DNA of 63,273 nucleotides from a virus (taxonomy: Duplodnaviria > Caudoviricetes), in the IMG/VR virus record IMGVR_UViG_3300008625_000012, positions 1 to 63,273 of that record; one strand, 5' to 3'. The position numbers and the translations under genes were made by a program. The notes under the pieces were generated by a model. It saw only the letters and a list, made by a program, of their open reading frames with translations, had not been told where the DNA came from and searched no databases. This document shows positions 17,647-27,370 of this stretch, piece by piece. Each line of letters starts with the position of its first letter. Positions within the stretch are counted from its first letter, which is position 1.

Positions 17647-19211
17647 TGGCTCTGACCGGGGTTAGCCGAACAGACGAACATGATATTTTGCCAAACACTG
17701 CGTTTGGCGAACTGTCTGTTGCTGAGAACACCCCGCAAGTCCAGATCAAGTTTCCCCACGGCGTTATTGACGATGAGATTGAGGCGTTTGCAAACAAGGT
17801 AAGCGCCGGTAGCGCCATCACATCGTCAAACGGCACAGTCACAGTGACTTGCGCTAATGTTGCTGATGCGTTCTGCCAGATCAGAACGCGAGATGTTATC
17901 CGCTACGGCCCCGGTCAGGGAGCGAGGGCACGCTTCACTGCTGGCTTCTCAGGTGGCACAGCCAACAGCACGCTGTTCGCTGGGGCGGGCGACGACGATG
18001 AGGCCATCGGGGTCGGGCATAGCGGAACAAGGTTCGGCTTCAGGCATCTCTATTTCGGAGAGCTTGAGGTCCGTGAGTTACAGATCACCTCTGCTGCTGA
18101 CGCCGGGGGCGGCGATTTTGTTATCACGCTTGATGGCGTTGCAACTACAATCACAGTTGGCGCGGCTGCCACTATCCCTGAGATCGTCGCCGCCATTGTC
18201 GCTACCAGCTTCCTCGACAAGGCGCGAGGCTGGGAGGTCTTTACCGGCAATGCTGATGTTGTAGAGTTCGTGTCTCTGGTGGCTGAGAACGCCGCCGGGA
18301 CGTTCTCTGCTGTTGACACCGATAGCGGCGTGACCTTTGGGACGTTTGAACAGGCCACAACGACTGTTCTTGGGGTCGCTCCAACGGAACACTTTACCGC
18401 CCAAGAGGATTGGGACGACCCGTGCGATGGCACCGGGGCAAGCGGGATTAACCTATCATCTGGGGCCGACACCACGCTCCCGTTCTCCCAAGCCCTAGAG
18501 AGCCTTAATGTCTGGGATATTCCTATCCAATATCTCGGCGGCGGCAACATTGTTCTGAAAATGGAGAACAAAGAGACAGGCAAGTTCACGCCGGTTCACA
18601 TGATGAAACACGCCGGTGCCAACGGCGGCACGGGCCGCGCCACGTTCCGCAACACCACATTCAACCTGACATTAATTGCCAAGACGGAAACTGGCTATAG
18701 TGGCGGGACGCAAACCGTCAAGACGGCCTCAATGGGGGGCTTTATCGAAGGGCAGGAGACCACCAAAGGACTGCGCCACTCCGTTAAGAACACCAAGACA
18801 ACCAACGGCACAACCCTGACCAGCGTGATGCTCATCCACAATGACATCAAGTTTCAAAGCACACGCAACAAGACCTTCGTTTATCCTGATCTTCTCACCT
18901 TCGCTTCAGAAGCGACCAAGACAGTTACGCTTTCTGTTATTAAAAACCCGACACAGGTGGCAGGGGGCGTCTCCTACGCCAACGTGGACAGCGCAAATTC
19001 GGCGATACTGCAAGACACAGCGGGCACCACGATCACGGGCGGCGAGGAAATACTCACGTTCACGCAGTCTGGGGCTGGCTCACAGGTGATCGACCTAAAG
19101 GCTCTTAATTTGTTCCTGCGGCCCGTCGATGTTTGGGCTTTCGGCATGACGCTTTCGAGCGGCTCCGATGCGCCGGTCACTGTGGGCCTTAGCTGGCTGG
19201 AGCGACTATGA
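17646..19211 (+). CDS. virion structural/fiber protein
   Basis: 521-aa beta-rich ORF (TAFGEL, RYGPGQG, W.ER end). Confidence 0.65.
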   Translation: MALTGVSRTDEHDILPNTAFGELSVAENTPQVQIKFPHGVIDDEIEAFANKVSAGSAITSSNGTVTVTCANVADAFCQIRTRDVIRYGPGQGARARFTAGFSGGTANSTLFAGAGDDDEAIGVGHSGTRFGFRHLYFGELEVRELQITSAADAGGGDFVITLDGVATTITVGAAATIPEIVAAIVATSFLDKARGWEVFTGNADVVEFVSLVAENAAGTFSAVDTDSGVTFGTFEQATTTVLGVAPTEHFTAQEDWDDPCDGTGASGINLSSGADTTLPFSQALESLNVWDIPIQYLGGGNIVLKMENKETGKFTPVHMMKHAGANGGTGRATFRNTTFNLTLIAKTETGYSGGTQTVKTASMGGFIEGQETTKGLRHSVKNTKTTNGTTLTSVMLIHNDIKFQSTRNKTFVYPDLLTFASEATKTVTLSVIKNPTQVAGGVSYANVDSANSAILQDTAGTTITGGEEILTFTQSGAGSQVIDLKALNLFLRPVDVWAFGMTLSSGSDAPVTVGLSWLERL

Positions 19212-19438
19212 GAGCGAAGAGGAATTATCGCAAGGAGTATGACGATTACCATGCCAAGCCTGAGCAGAAGAAGAACCGCGCCTCACGCAACAAGGTCAGG
19301 CGGCAGGCTATTTCATCTGGGAAGGTGAGTAAGGGCGACAGATCGAAGGAGGTTGACCATAAAGATGGCAACCCACGTAACAATTCACCGGCCAATCTTC
19401 AGGTGGTGTCGAGATCGAAGAACAGGAGTAAGCAGTAA
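19208..19438 (+). CDS. small HNH endonuclease
   Basis: RNYRKEY...VDHKDGNPRNNSPANLQV.SRSKNR. Confidence 0.85.
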   Translation: MRAKRNYRKEYDDYHAKPEQKKNRASRNKVRRQAISSGKVSKGDRSKEVDHKDGNPRNNSPANLQVVSRSKNRSKQ

Positions 19439-19728
19439 TGGGTAATCTTGGCAAAAAACTGACGGCTGGCGTCGAAAGCACGATGTACCAGCAACAAGAC
19501 CACCCCACGAAGGACAACACTGGGACTGACGTTAAGCGTGACGGGAAGGTTGTCCAGCTACAGCCGGATGATTTTGAAAAGCGTAGAATTTTTGCCGACC
19601 ATAAGGAAAAAAACATCCCCAAGATGAACCGTGGTCAGAATTATGGGCGAAGAAAGTCGAGCGTCGGCCCTAGCGCCATGAAAAAAGAGGGCCTTGCGCG
19701 TGGCCGCAGAGGAAAACAGAGGAAGTAA
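19438..19728 (+). CDS. small basic protein
   Basis: TAATG coupling; ends GLARGRRGKQRK. Confidence 0.55.
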   Translation: MGNLGKKLTAGVESTMYQQQDHPTKDNTGTDVKRDGKVVQLQPDDFEKRRIFADHKEKNIPKMNRGQNYGRRKSSVGPSAMKKEGLARGRRGKQRK

Positions 19729-19943
19729 TGGGTGAGCGCCGCTTAGTAAGTGAGAAAACCACACGGGCCTACTCCGGGGATAAGCCGTCAGAGGCTCAGT
19801 GGCAGGAGATTGAGGTTGAGGGGGATGCCTTTGCCACTAGGGCGACACAAGAAGGAAGGCAGCGCGATTTAATGGCTGAAGGCAGAAGAAGATTGGAAGA
19901 GTTAAGGGCCAGTGAAGGCCGAAGAGGAAAGCCAAGGAAGTGA
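19728..19943 (+). CDS. small protein
   Basis: TAATG coupling; ends EGRRGKPRK, similar to the previous gene. Confidence 0.5.
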   Translation: MGERRLVSEKTTRAYSGDKPSEAQWQEIEVEGDAFATRATQEGRQRDLMAEGRRRLEELRASEGRRGKPRK

Positions 19944-19953
19944 GGGAATTACC

Positions 19954-20310
19954 ATGATGAAGAAGTCGATGAAGAAAAAGAGTAAGCCGCAGAACAAGAA
20001 GAAGTACGCGGGCGGCGGGGCCATAGGCTCCCCCGGCTCACCGTCAGGCGGGGCACCGTTCTTCGTAGGCGGTGATTTCCTGCGCCAGCTTCTACAGAGC
20101 AGCGGCGTAGACCCGCAGCTTCTTAATAGGCTTCAGCGGCAAGGATTGGGCAACCGAGGCCCTGCCGGACGGTTTGACCACCCCACGGTCATCCCGGCAG
20201 CGAAGGTGCCGCAGGCTAAGACGGCCACAAAGGCTGGTAAACATGGTGGCATGGTCAGCCGTGGTTATGGCATTGCCAGATCACCCAAAGGGAAGAAGAG
20301 CTACAGCTAA
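19954..20310 (+). CDS. small basic protein with YAGGG/HGGMV motifs
   Basis: GAGG SD; HGGMVSRGYGIAR C-terminus. Confidence 0.55.
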   Translation: MMKKSMKKKSKPQNKKKYAGGGAIGSPGSPSGGAPFFVGGDFLRQLLQSSGVDPQLLNRLQRQGLGNRGPAGRFDHPTVIPAAKVPQAKTATKAGKHGGMVSRGYGIARSPKGKKSYS

Positions 20311-21015
20311 ATGGCCGCTCCAACCACATCAGGGACAGTAGCTTTTAAGCTGGACATCCTCCAAATCTGTGAGGAGGCATACGAGCGTGCCGGTCTTGAG
20401 ATGCGGACGGGTTACGACCTCCGCACGGCCAGACGCAGCCTTAACCTGCTTACTCTGGAGTGGTTGAACCGTGGCCTGAACCTGTGGACGGTCAAAGAGG
20501 CTTCGATTGATCTTGTTAGCGGCACCAAGACGTATTCCTTGGCCGACGACTGTATTGATGTTCTTGACGCGGTCATCCGCGATGGAACTGGCAATACGAC
20601 GCAGACTGACTTCTCCCTCACGCGCCTGTCGGTCAGCACGTATGCCCAGACCTCAAACAAGAACACCAACTCTCGCCCGACAAGTATGTATATCGACAGG
20701 CAGAACCGGCCCACAGTGACGCTTTACCCAGAGCCTGACGACAGCACGCAGGACTTTGTTTACTGGTATGTGCGCCGCATCGAAGACCTTGGTGACAATA
20801 CTAACAACAACGATATGCCGGAACGCGCTGTTCCCGCCCTTATTGCGGGGCTGTCTTTCTACATCGCACTAAAGAGACCCGAACTTGAGGCCCGCATTCC
20901 TGTTCTCAAGTCGCACTACGAAGAGCAGTACGAACTGATGGCGTCAGAAGATCGCTCCAAGGCGTCGCTGCTGTTCTCGCCGCTACAGGACTTTATCGAC
21001 GTGGATTTGACATGA
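20311..21015 (+). CDS. head-tail adaptor-like virion protein
   Basis: TSGT..F.LD...EEAYERAG, TARRSLNLL..EW.NRGLNLWT; position in the structural module. Confidence 0.7.
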   Translation: MAAPTTSGTVAFKLDILQICEEAYERAGLEMRTGYDLRTARRSLNLLTLEWLNRGLNLWTVKEASIDLVSGTKTYSLADDCIDVLDAVIRDGTGNTTQTDFSLTRLSVSTYAQTSNKNTNSRPTSMYIDRQNRPTVTLYPEPDDSTQDFVYWYVRRIEDLGDNTNNNDMPERAVPALIAGLSFYIALKRPELEARIPVLKSHYEEQYELMASEDRSKASLLFSPLQDFIDVDLT

Positions 21016-21338
21016 GTAAGCATTTTGCAGCAGGCAAACACGCTTTTGGGTTTTGCGACAGATGCGGCTTCCGCTATCCGCTGTCTGCCCTTGTTTGGGA
21101 GATGGAGGACAAGCGCCGCAACGGCTTGCGCGTCTGCAAGGATGTCTGTGTTGACCCAGATCATCCACAGCTTCAGTTGGGCCGGTTCAGGATTTTCGAC
21201 CCACAGACGCTGGATAACCCACGCCCTGATCTTGCAAAGACGGAAAGTCAGAGCCTGTTTGGGTGGTCCCCGGTGGGCGATGCGGTCAGCATGAAGATGA
21301 CCATGAGTATTGGCTCAGTAACTGTTACGACATCATAG
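21012..21338 (+). CDS. conserved Zn-binding structural-module protein
   Basis: CDRCGFRY...VCK..CVDPDHPQL, PRPD. Confidence 0.7.
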   Translation: MSKHFAAGKHAFGFCDRCGFRYPLSALVWEMEDKRRNGLRVCKDVCVDPDHPQLQLGRFRIFDPQTLDNPRPDLAKTESQSLFGWSPVGDAVSMKMTMSIGSVTVTTS

Positions 21339-21347
21339 GAGAGAGAA

Positions 21348-21653
21348 ATGGCACAGTCAGTGTTTAAGGGCAAAAAGCGTAGCCCAAAGAAGGGCGGAAG
21401 AAGCTCTTATAGCCCAAAGCAAACTTTCACCAGCGGCGATGGTGAAACCCGCGTCCGTGGGACTTTTAAGGAGGGCGGCGACACAATTCATTACAGTGAG
21501 CCAGCGAAAAAGGACGCCAAGGGCAACTATGAAACAATGAAGGGCTACAGCGACGGAGGAATGGTCAAGATGGGCGTCAAGCCGACCAACCAGTCCACCG
21601 TTAAAGCTACGGGCATGGGCGCTGCAACACGCGGCGGAAACTTCAAGGTCTAG
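21348..21653 (+). CDS. small basic protein with YSDGGMV motif
   Basis: AGGAG SD; GMGAATRG C-terminus. Confidence 0.6.
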   Translation: MAQSVFKGKKRSPKKGGRSSYSPKQTFTSGDGETRVRGTFKEGGDTIHYSEPAKKDAKGNYETMKGYSDGGMVKMGVKPTNQSTVKATGMGAATRGGNFKV

Positions 21654-21656
21654 TCG

Positions 21657-22292
21657 ATGAACTACACTGAACTCAAAGCGTCTATCCAGACGTATACGGA
21701 GAACACAGAGACGGACTTCGTCGCTGAGATACCCACCTTTGTCAAACAGACAGAGGACCGTATCCAGCACATCGTCCAGCTTCCGATGTTCCGTAAAACG
21801 TCTACGGCGTCACTGACGGCATCCAACAGGTTTCTCAACGCTCCGTCTGACTTTGTTTCAGTGTTTTCGATGGCTGTGCTTGATGCCTCGTCCAATTATT
21901 TCTTTCTCCTGAACAAGGACGTTGATTTCATCCGGCAGGCGTACGATCAGACCACCACTGAGGGCCAGCCGCGCTATTACGCTCTGTGGGACCACGACAC
22001 ATTTATTGTCGCTCCCACGCCTTCTGCTGCGCTGTCAATTCAGCTTAATTATTTCTACAAGCCGGAAAGCATCGTCACCGCGTCCACCACATGGCTTGGC
22101 GACGAGGCAGAGGCTGCAATGCTCTACGGATGTCTGGTTGAGGCTTACGTCTTCATGAAGGGCGAGCAAGACCTCATTCAGTTGTATGACGGGCGCTTCA
22201 AAGAGGCGCTGGTCAAACTCAAGGAACTTGGGGACGGAAAGAACCGTCAAGATATGTATCGAACAGGGCAAGTTAGGGTACCCGTGCAATGA
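21657..22292 (+). CDS. head-tail connector/tail tubular protein
   Basis: MNYTEL...I..YTE, G.PRYYA, APTP, TTWLG, LYG.L.EA..FMK. Confidence 0.75.
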   Translation: MNYTELKASIQTYTENTETDFVAEIPTFVKQTEDRIQHIVQLPMFRKTSTASLTASNRFLNAPSDFVSVFSMAVLDASSNYFFLLNKDVDFIRQAYDQTTTEGQPRYYALWDHDTFIVAPTPSAALSIQLNYFYKPESIVTASTTWLGDEAEAAMLYGCLVEAYVFMKGEQDLIQLYDGRFKEALVKLKELGDGKNRQDMYRTGQVRVPVQ

Positions 22293-22561
22293 CGCTCAAC
22301 TTAGGCGTAGATATGGAGATTGGGGAAGTGCTGGTTCACGCCACCGAGAACAGGGGGCACTCAGCGGAAGAACTCACCGAAATGGCCTTATCCAAGATCA
22401 TTTTGGTGGGAGACGACGCTCCAGAGCCAATAAGGGCACAGGCACTGGCTTACAAAGAGAGGCTCCGTGGTGTATTGTTGTTCTATATGCGCCAAGCAAT
22501 GTTGAGCGAGCGAGTAACAATGAGGGCCGAAATAGCGGCTGAACTAGAGGAGACAAGGTAA
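22289..22561 (+). CDS. hypothetical protein
   Basis: coupled ORF; T.NRGHS.EEL, I..QA.A(Y)K. Confidence 0.6.
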   Translation: MTLNLGVDMEIGEVLVHATENRGHSAEELTEMALSKIILVGDDAPEPIRAQALAYKERLRGVLLFYMRQAMLSERVTMRAEIAAELEETR

Positions 22562-22992
22562 TGGCTATCACACAGGCCCTCTGCACAAGTTTCAAACAGG
22601 AAATTCTTGTTGCGGAACACGACCTCACACTGTCCACGGGGCATACAATCAGGGCTGCGCTTTACACCAGTTCAGCAACGCTCAGTGCGGCCACCACGGC
22701 ATACGCCACCACCAACGAGGCGTCCGGCACCGGCTACACCGCCGGAGGGAATGCGCTGACCAACGTCACGCCGACCACGTCAGGCACCACGGCGCTGACC
22801 GACTTTGCCGATACGACATGGTCAACGTCTACGGTCACGGCGCGAGGGGCGCTTATCTACAACGATACCCACGCCTCCAACGCCTCTATTTTAGTTCTGG
22901 ACTTCGGCTCAGATAAGTCTTCGACGGCAGGGGATTTCACAATTCAGTTCCCGGCAGCAGACGCCAGCAACGCGATCATCAGGATTGCGTAG
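22561..22992 (+). CDS. conserved virion protein
   Basis: MAITQALCTSFKQE, GYTAGG..L, TARGALIYN, VLDFG.DK, AIIRIA. Confidence 0.75.
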   Translation: MAITQALCTSFKQEILVAEHDLTLSTGHTIRAALYTSSATLSAATTAYATTNEASGTGYTAGGNALTNVTPTTSGTTALTDFADTTWSTSTVTARGALIYNDTHASNASILVLDFGSDKSSTAGDFTIQFPAADASNAIIRIA

Positions 22993-23014
22993 GTAATAGA
23001 GAGGACAGCATGGC

Positions 23015-23311
23015 ATGGTTTGGGGCGGTTCAACTTGGGGTCATTCGATATGGGGTTTCTCCACAACGAATGTTCCGGTTACTGGCGCGGCTGGAACGGC
23101 TTCGGTTGGCGATGAAACTGTTGTCGCCCAGAACCTTGTCGCGGTCACTGGCTTTGGTCTTACGGGAAGCGTTGGGACAGCCACTGGGCATGGGGGGCTT
23201 ATTGTCAGCCCGACAGGGCTTAGTATGACAATGTCGTCAGGAGAAGAAATAATTTGGGGTGGCATCGACAGCGCCGTGTCGGTCACTTGGACAGAAACGG
23301 CTACCTCGTAG
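23015..23311 (+). CDS. small G/T-rich virion protein
   Basis: WG...WG...WG N-terminal repeat and V.G...T..VG repeats. Confidence 0.6.
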   Translation: MVWGGSTWGHSIWGFSTTNVPVTGAAGTASVGDETVVAQNLVAVTGFGLTGSVGTATGHGGLIVSPTGLSMTMSSGEEIIWGGIDSAVSVTWTETATS

Positions 23312-23323
23312 GAGAAAAGAAAA

Positions 23324-24604
23324 ATGGCATCAACAGCATCAGACTTAATCAAGTTTGAGAAAATGGCTACCGGTGAGAAATCCGGTACGTGGGGCACACT
23401 CGCCAACCAAGCCATGTCTCGACTTGAAGAGGCTATTGCCGACATCACCAACATCAGCCTCAACGCTCTTGGTGGTGCAAATTACACGCTGGATGACACC
23501 CAGTATCTGGAACATGACGACGCCACCCCGGCGCAGGAAAGCCATGTGGCTGTGATTAAGGCCACCGGCACGCTGGATGCGGCTGAGAAGATCATTGTTC
23601 CGCTGAGAAACAAGACGTGGTGGATTTGGAACGCCACCAGTGGAGCCTTCGCCGTAACAGTTGGCGGGTCATCAGGGAACACGGTTACTGTCCCGCAAGG
23701 CTTCCAGATGGCGGTTGTCTGCGATGGCACCAATGTCGAGGCTCTCACGGCCCCTGTGGATGAAGATGGAGCGCCTCAACCGGCGTCTGCCACCGTCTCA
23801 GGTGCTGTGGAACTCGCCACCAACGCTGAAACGGTCACGGGCACCGACACCGGCAGGGCGACCACCCCAGCCAACATTACAGCCAAGATGGCTGCTCCCG
23901 GCACTATCGGCGGCACCACCCCGGCTGGCACGACATTCACCACCATTAAGGCCAACACGTCTCTGGAACTGGCGACTGGCGCGATTGTCACCGGAATTTT
24001 AGACGAAGACGGGATGGGGACGGACAGCGCAACTCAACTTGCCACCCAGCAGAGTATCAAGGCCTACGCAGATGCTGTCGGTAAGGGCGTTTTCCAGTTC
24101 CCTATCAGCGCGGCCATGCTCACACCGACGACTACGGCTGGCTGCGCTGCTGCGGCACAGACAGAGACCACCACCAACAAGATCAATTATGACTACCTTG
24201 CCTTCGACGCCTCGACGGAAGAGCACGCCTATATCCTGATTTCTCTACCAAAGGCATACAACGCCAGCACCGTCACAGTTTCCTTTAAGTGGACCCATCC
24301 TGCCACCGCGACAAACTTTGGTGTGGTGTGGGGCTGTGAGATTTTAGCTCTCGCTAATGATGACGCTCTGGATACCGCAGTCGGGACCGAAATTACAGTA
24401 ACAGACACGGGCGGAACGACTGAAGACCTCTACTCATCGTCCGCGACGGCGGCTATAACGCCATCTGGAACGGCTGCAAAAGAGGACTTGTTCTTTATCC
24501 AGATCACGCGGGTGGCTGCCAACGGTTCTGATACCATGACGGTGGACGCCCACCTGATCGAATGCATATTAACCTTTACAGTGGATGCACAAACCGATGC
24601 CTAG
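23324..24604 (+). CDS. tail fiber protein
   Basis: ATGEKSGTWG N-terminus, GAVELATNAE, ATQQSIKAY fiber motifs. Confidence 0.75.
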   Translation: MASTASDLIKFEKMATGEKSGTWGTLANQAMSRLEEAIADITNISLNALGGANYTLDDTQYLEHDDATPAQESHVAVIKATGTLDAAEKIIVPLRNKTWWIWNATSGAFAVTVGGSSGNTVTVPQGFQMAVVCDGTNVEALTAPVDEDGAPQPASATVSGAVELATNAETVTGTDTGRATTPANITAKMAAPGTIGGTTPAGTTFTTIKANTSLELATGAIVTGILDEDGMGTDSATQLATQQSIKAYADAVGKGVFQFPISAAMLTPTTTAGCAAAAQTETTTNKINYDYLAFDASTEEHAYILISLPKAYNASTVTVSFKWTHPATATNFGVVWGCEILALANDDALDTAVGTEITVTDTGGTTEDLYSSSATAAITPSGTAAKEDLFFIQITRVAANGSDTMTVDAHLIECILTFTVDAQTDA

Positions 24605-25109
24605 TAGATTGCTCACGGCAGGTCGTGTCGGGAAGCGGGCTGGTGGAGGTTATTCAATAACCAAGGTCATTATCTATAGCCCGAACAACGCCTCGTTTAA
24701 TAGCGGGGATGAGGCGAATAACTGGAAGCTGCAAGGTTCGAACAATAATTCCGCATGGACGGACCTGACTGGAGTCCTATCCGCCGCTGGCGGGAACAGT
24801 GTCGTGGAGACCATTACCGATTCCTCGGAGATAACGAATACAAATCTCTTTAATTACCATCGCGCCGTTTTCCAAGGCAACGGATCGCAACAGGTGCATT
24901 GCGCGGAAATAGAGTTTTTTCAGGGGGCCGGAAAAACGCAAATCGCTCAAGGCGACGGAACTGCTATCGGCGGCATGACCGACAGCGGGGGATTAGCATC
25001 AGCATTCAACGGAACGAAGCATGACGCGAACTCTTCCAGTGCCACGAAAACTCCCGGCACATCAGGGTATAGCGCGGATAACACAGTAGGAAAATCATGG
25101 GGTTTGTAG
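24597..25109 (+). CDS. discoidin/F5-8-like tail-tip domain protein
   Basis: WKLQGSNNNSAWTDL, YHR, CAEIEFF, SAFNG. Confidence 0.55.
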   Translation: MPSRLLTAGRVGKRAGGGYSITKVIIYSPNNASFNSGDEANNWKLQGSNNNSAWTDLTGVLSAAGGNSVVETITDSSEITNTNLFNYHRAVFQGNGSQQVHCAEIEFFQGAGKTQIAQGDGTAIGGMTDSGGLASAFNGTKHDANSSSATKTPGTSGYSADNTVGKSWGL

Positions 25110-25227
25110 ATGGATAGCATGTCCGCCGCTCTGCAAACCGATTTAACCGTAGATGTAAACTGGACGGGCACCCCCGACAATGGGGGCACCGCATGGGCCT
25201 CTTGGGATAAAGCATAGGAGGAAGAAA

Positions 25228-25719
25228 ATGCCAAAATTAGCACTCGTTAAAACAGACGATACCCCTGCGGTTCTTCTTCGCATAGAAGACCACCCAACCG
25301 CACCGACGATCCCGGCTCATAAAAGCGGGGCATTTAAATGGGTTCCTCTGGTCAAGGTTCCGGGCGGCACTGACAAGCTCAGTGATGATGGCCTTTTTTG
25401 GGAACGGGGAGTAGCACTCCCCTCACTTGTGGACGAGCGCACCAACCATTACCTAGCAGCCGACGTTGAATATGTGAGACGCTCTCTACTTGCTGCGGAG
25501 GGGGTCACTGTAGGGTTGGGGAAGGTGAGGGGCGGCACCCCGCAAGCCCGCCTGATCGCCTTGTCGATCAAGGCCAGTAATGCTGGGGACGTGCCGCTGT
25601 CAAACGCTCTAGCCGCTGTTCACGACAAGCTGGAGGCCCTTAAGGATAAGATTGAGGCTGCTGCCACCATCAGGGCGATCAAGGCCATCGACCCCTCAGA
25701 GGATGGGCATTGGATTTAA
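25228..25719 (+). CDS. putative tail fiber assembly protein
   Basis: AGGAGG SD; ends KDKIEAAATI.AIKAI..W, typical of fiber chaperones. Confidence 0.55.
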   Translation: MPKLALVKTDDTPAVLLRIEDHPTAPTIPAHKSGAFKWVPLVKVPGGTDKLSDDGLFWERGVALPSLVDERTNHYLAADVEYVRRSLLAAEGVTVGLGKVRGGTPQARLIALSIKASNAGDVPLSNALAAVHDKLEALKDKIEAAATIRAIKAIDPSEDGHWI

Positions 25720-25985
25720 TGAAAGAGCGCCTAGCAGTCGTTGAAGAAAAGGTGAGTGACCATGCTACACGCATCGGCGTCGTAGAGGCGCATATCACCA
25801 ATGGGGCGCGGGCGTTTGAGCGCGTCGAGGGGGTGATTGAAAATCTCGCTCACGATCTCAAGCGCCACATGATGCGAGAGGAAGGCAAGACGTGGAAGAT
25901 CATGGCGTGGCTCATTGTCTCGATGGGCGGCGGGTTGATTGGGATGGGAGTTTACCTGTTCAGGATGGGTGTGGAGATACATTGA
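25719..25985 (+). CDS. coiled-coil plus C-terminal TM protein (XhlA/holin-like)
   Basis: ERLAVVEE coiled coil then a hydrophobic tail. Confidence 0.55.
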   Translation: MKERLAVVEEKVSDHATRIGVVEAHITNGARAFERVEGVIENLAHDLKRHMMREEGKTWKIMAWLIVSMGGGLIGMGVYLFRMGVEIH

Positions 25986-26219
25986 ATGGATGCAGTCATC
26001 TACTTCTGCTTCGTCATGTCGGCGACCTGTCTCGCAGACCCAAATACCCTTACTGTTGAAGTGGAGAATAACACTCTTTGCACCAAGGTAGCTCAGATTG
26101 CTGCGGCCCGCTTCCTCCCCGACAGGGCGAACTTTTTGGGCTTCCGATGTGGAAATCAGTTCTACGGCCCGCCGCCGCAGCCGTCAGTAATAGTGCCAGA
26201 CGATGGGACACTAGGATGA
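25986..26219 (+). CDS. small Cys-containing protein
   Basis: 77-aa ORF between coupled genes. Confidence 0.45.
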   Translation: MDAVIYFCFVMSATCLADPNTLTVEVENNTLCTKVAQIAAARFLPDRANFLGFRCGNQFYGPPPQPSVIVPDDGTLG

Positions 26220-26530
26220 GTTTTTTAGAGAAGAAGGCCAAAATGATTTACACAGTTCTTGGCGCTGGCGGCATCATCCTTGCCACATTCCTTGGTGGGC
26301 ACGAAGCCCTGAGAGAGTGGGAAGAAGTTGATGTGCGGGTAGCCACAAATGAAGAGGGCATCGTCCAGCAGCGCGTGGATTGGCTGGAACAGAGAATGTA
26401 CGATCTCTATGACCGTGAAGTGGAAGGCCGCGCCACCCCCCGCGACAAGAGCAAATACCACAGGCTGGAGCGTGAGATTGAAGTCCAAGAACGCAAACTG
26501 AGAGACATCCAACAGCGAGACGGTAAGTGA
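26216..26530 (+). CDS. N-terminal TM plus coiled-coil protein (lysis module)
   Basis: start MSFLEKK overlapping the upstream stop. Confidence 0.55.
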   Translation: MSFLEKKAKMIYTVLGAGGIILATFLGGHEALREWEEVDVRVATNEEGIVQQRVDWLEQRMYDLYDREVEGRATPRDKSKYHRLEREIEVQERKLRDIQQRDGK

Positions 26531-26925
26531 TTTATGAACACTGGAAGCAAGTCCCCAGAACCGTACGCGCATGGCCTTGGAGGTTCTTCACCCCCAAGGA
26601 AATTGCTTGCCGTGGCACCGGGCGGCTTATCATCGTTCCTGAGTTCCTTGATGGCCTTGACGCTCTTAGGGGGAATTTGGGTCACAGCCTTATTGTACTG
26701 TCTGCTTATCGTAGTTCCTATCATAACGCTAGGGTGGGTGGAGCGGTGTTTTCGCGCCATCTTTTTGGAGACGCGGCAGACCTATCTATAGTTGGACGGG
26801 ACAGGCTCAAGATGGACGAAGCGGCAAAGGGTGTTGGGTTTACCGGGTTTGGTTATTACAAGACGTTTCTGCACATCGACATGGGCAGAGCGCGTTACTG
26901 GGGAGCGGAGAACTGGAATGTTTGA
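26527..26925 (+). CDS. peptidase M15-family endolysin
   Basis: FTPKEIAC, SAYRS..HNARVGGA..SRHL.G.AAD, FLHID. Confidence 0.9.
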   Translation: MIYEHWKQVPRTVRAWPWRFFTPKEIACRGTGRLIIVPEFLDGLDALRGNLGHSLIVLSAYRSSYHNARVGGAVFSRHLFGDAADLSIVGRDRLKMDEAAKGVGFTGFGYYKTFLHIDMGRARYWGAENWNV

Positions 26926-27370
26926 TTTATTGGCGACGGTGTTCACTGGCGGGGCAACTGGGATTATTGGTTCAATTATAGGCAAGGCTTTTTCTTTCGT
27001 CGATATGTGGGCAGAAGAGAAAAAGGCAAATAATGAACACAAACGAACGCAGGAACTTCTTCGGCTTCAGAACGAGTTGGGCGCGGCTGAAAATGAAAGA
27101 GAAATGGCTGTTGCTGAAGCTAACGCAGCGGCTGACGCCAGAAGAGCGTCATACAACCATGATGCGGGTATTGGAGTTTCTAGCACATGGGTTGTTGACG
27201 TTCTGCGTCTTGTTCGGCCAATACTTACGCTTACTCTGATCGTGCTTATGGGCGTGATCTACTTTAATTCTGATATGGGCGGACGCTTAACCATTGAAAC
27301 GTCCGTTGTTTATATGACCAGTTCGGCGGTGCTGTGGTGGTTTGGTGACAGGGCGATGCGGAAAAAATAA
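26918..27370 (+). CDS. 3TM holin-like protein
   Basis: N-terminal G-rich helix, VRPILT, WWFGDR; adjacent to the endolysin. Confidence 0.7.
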   Translation: MFDLLATVFTGGATGIIGSIIGKAFSFVDMWAEEKKANNEHKRTQELLRLQNELGAAENEREMAVAEANAAADARRASYNHDAGIGVSSTWVVDVLRLVRPILTLTLIVLMGVIYFNSDMGGRLTIETSVVYMTSSAVLWWFGDRAMRKK

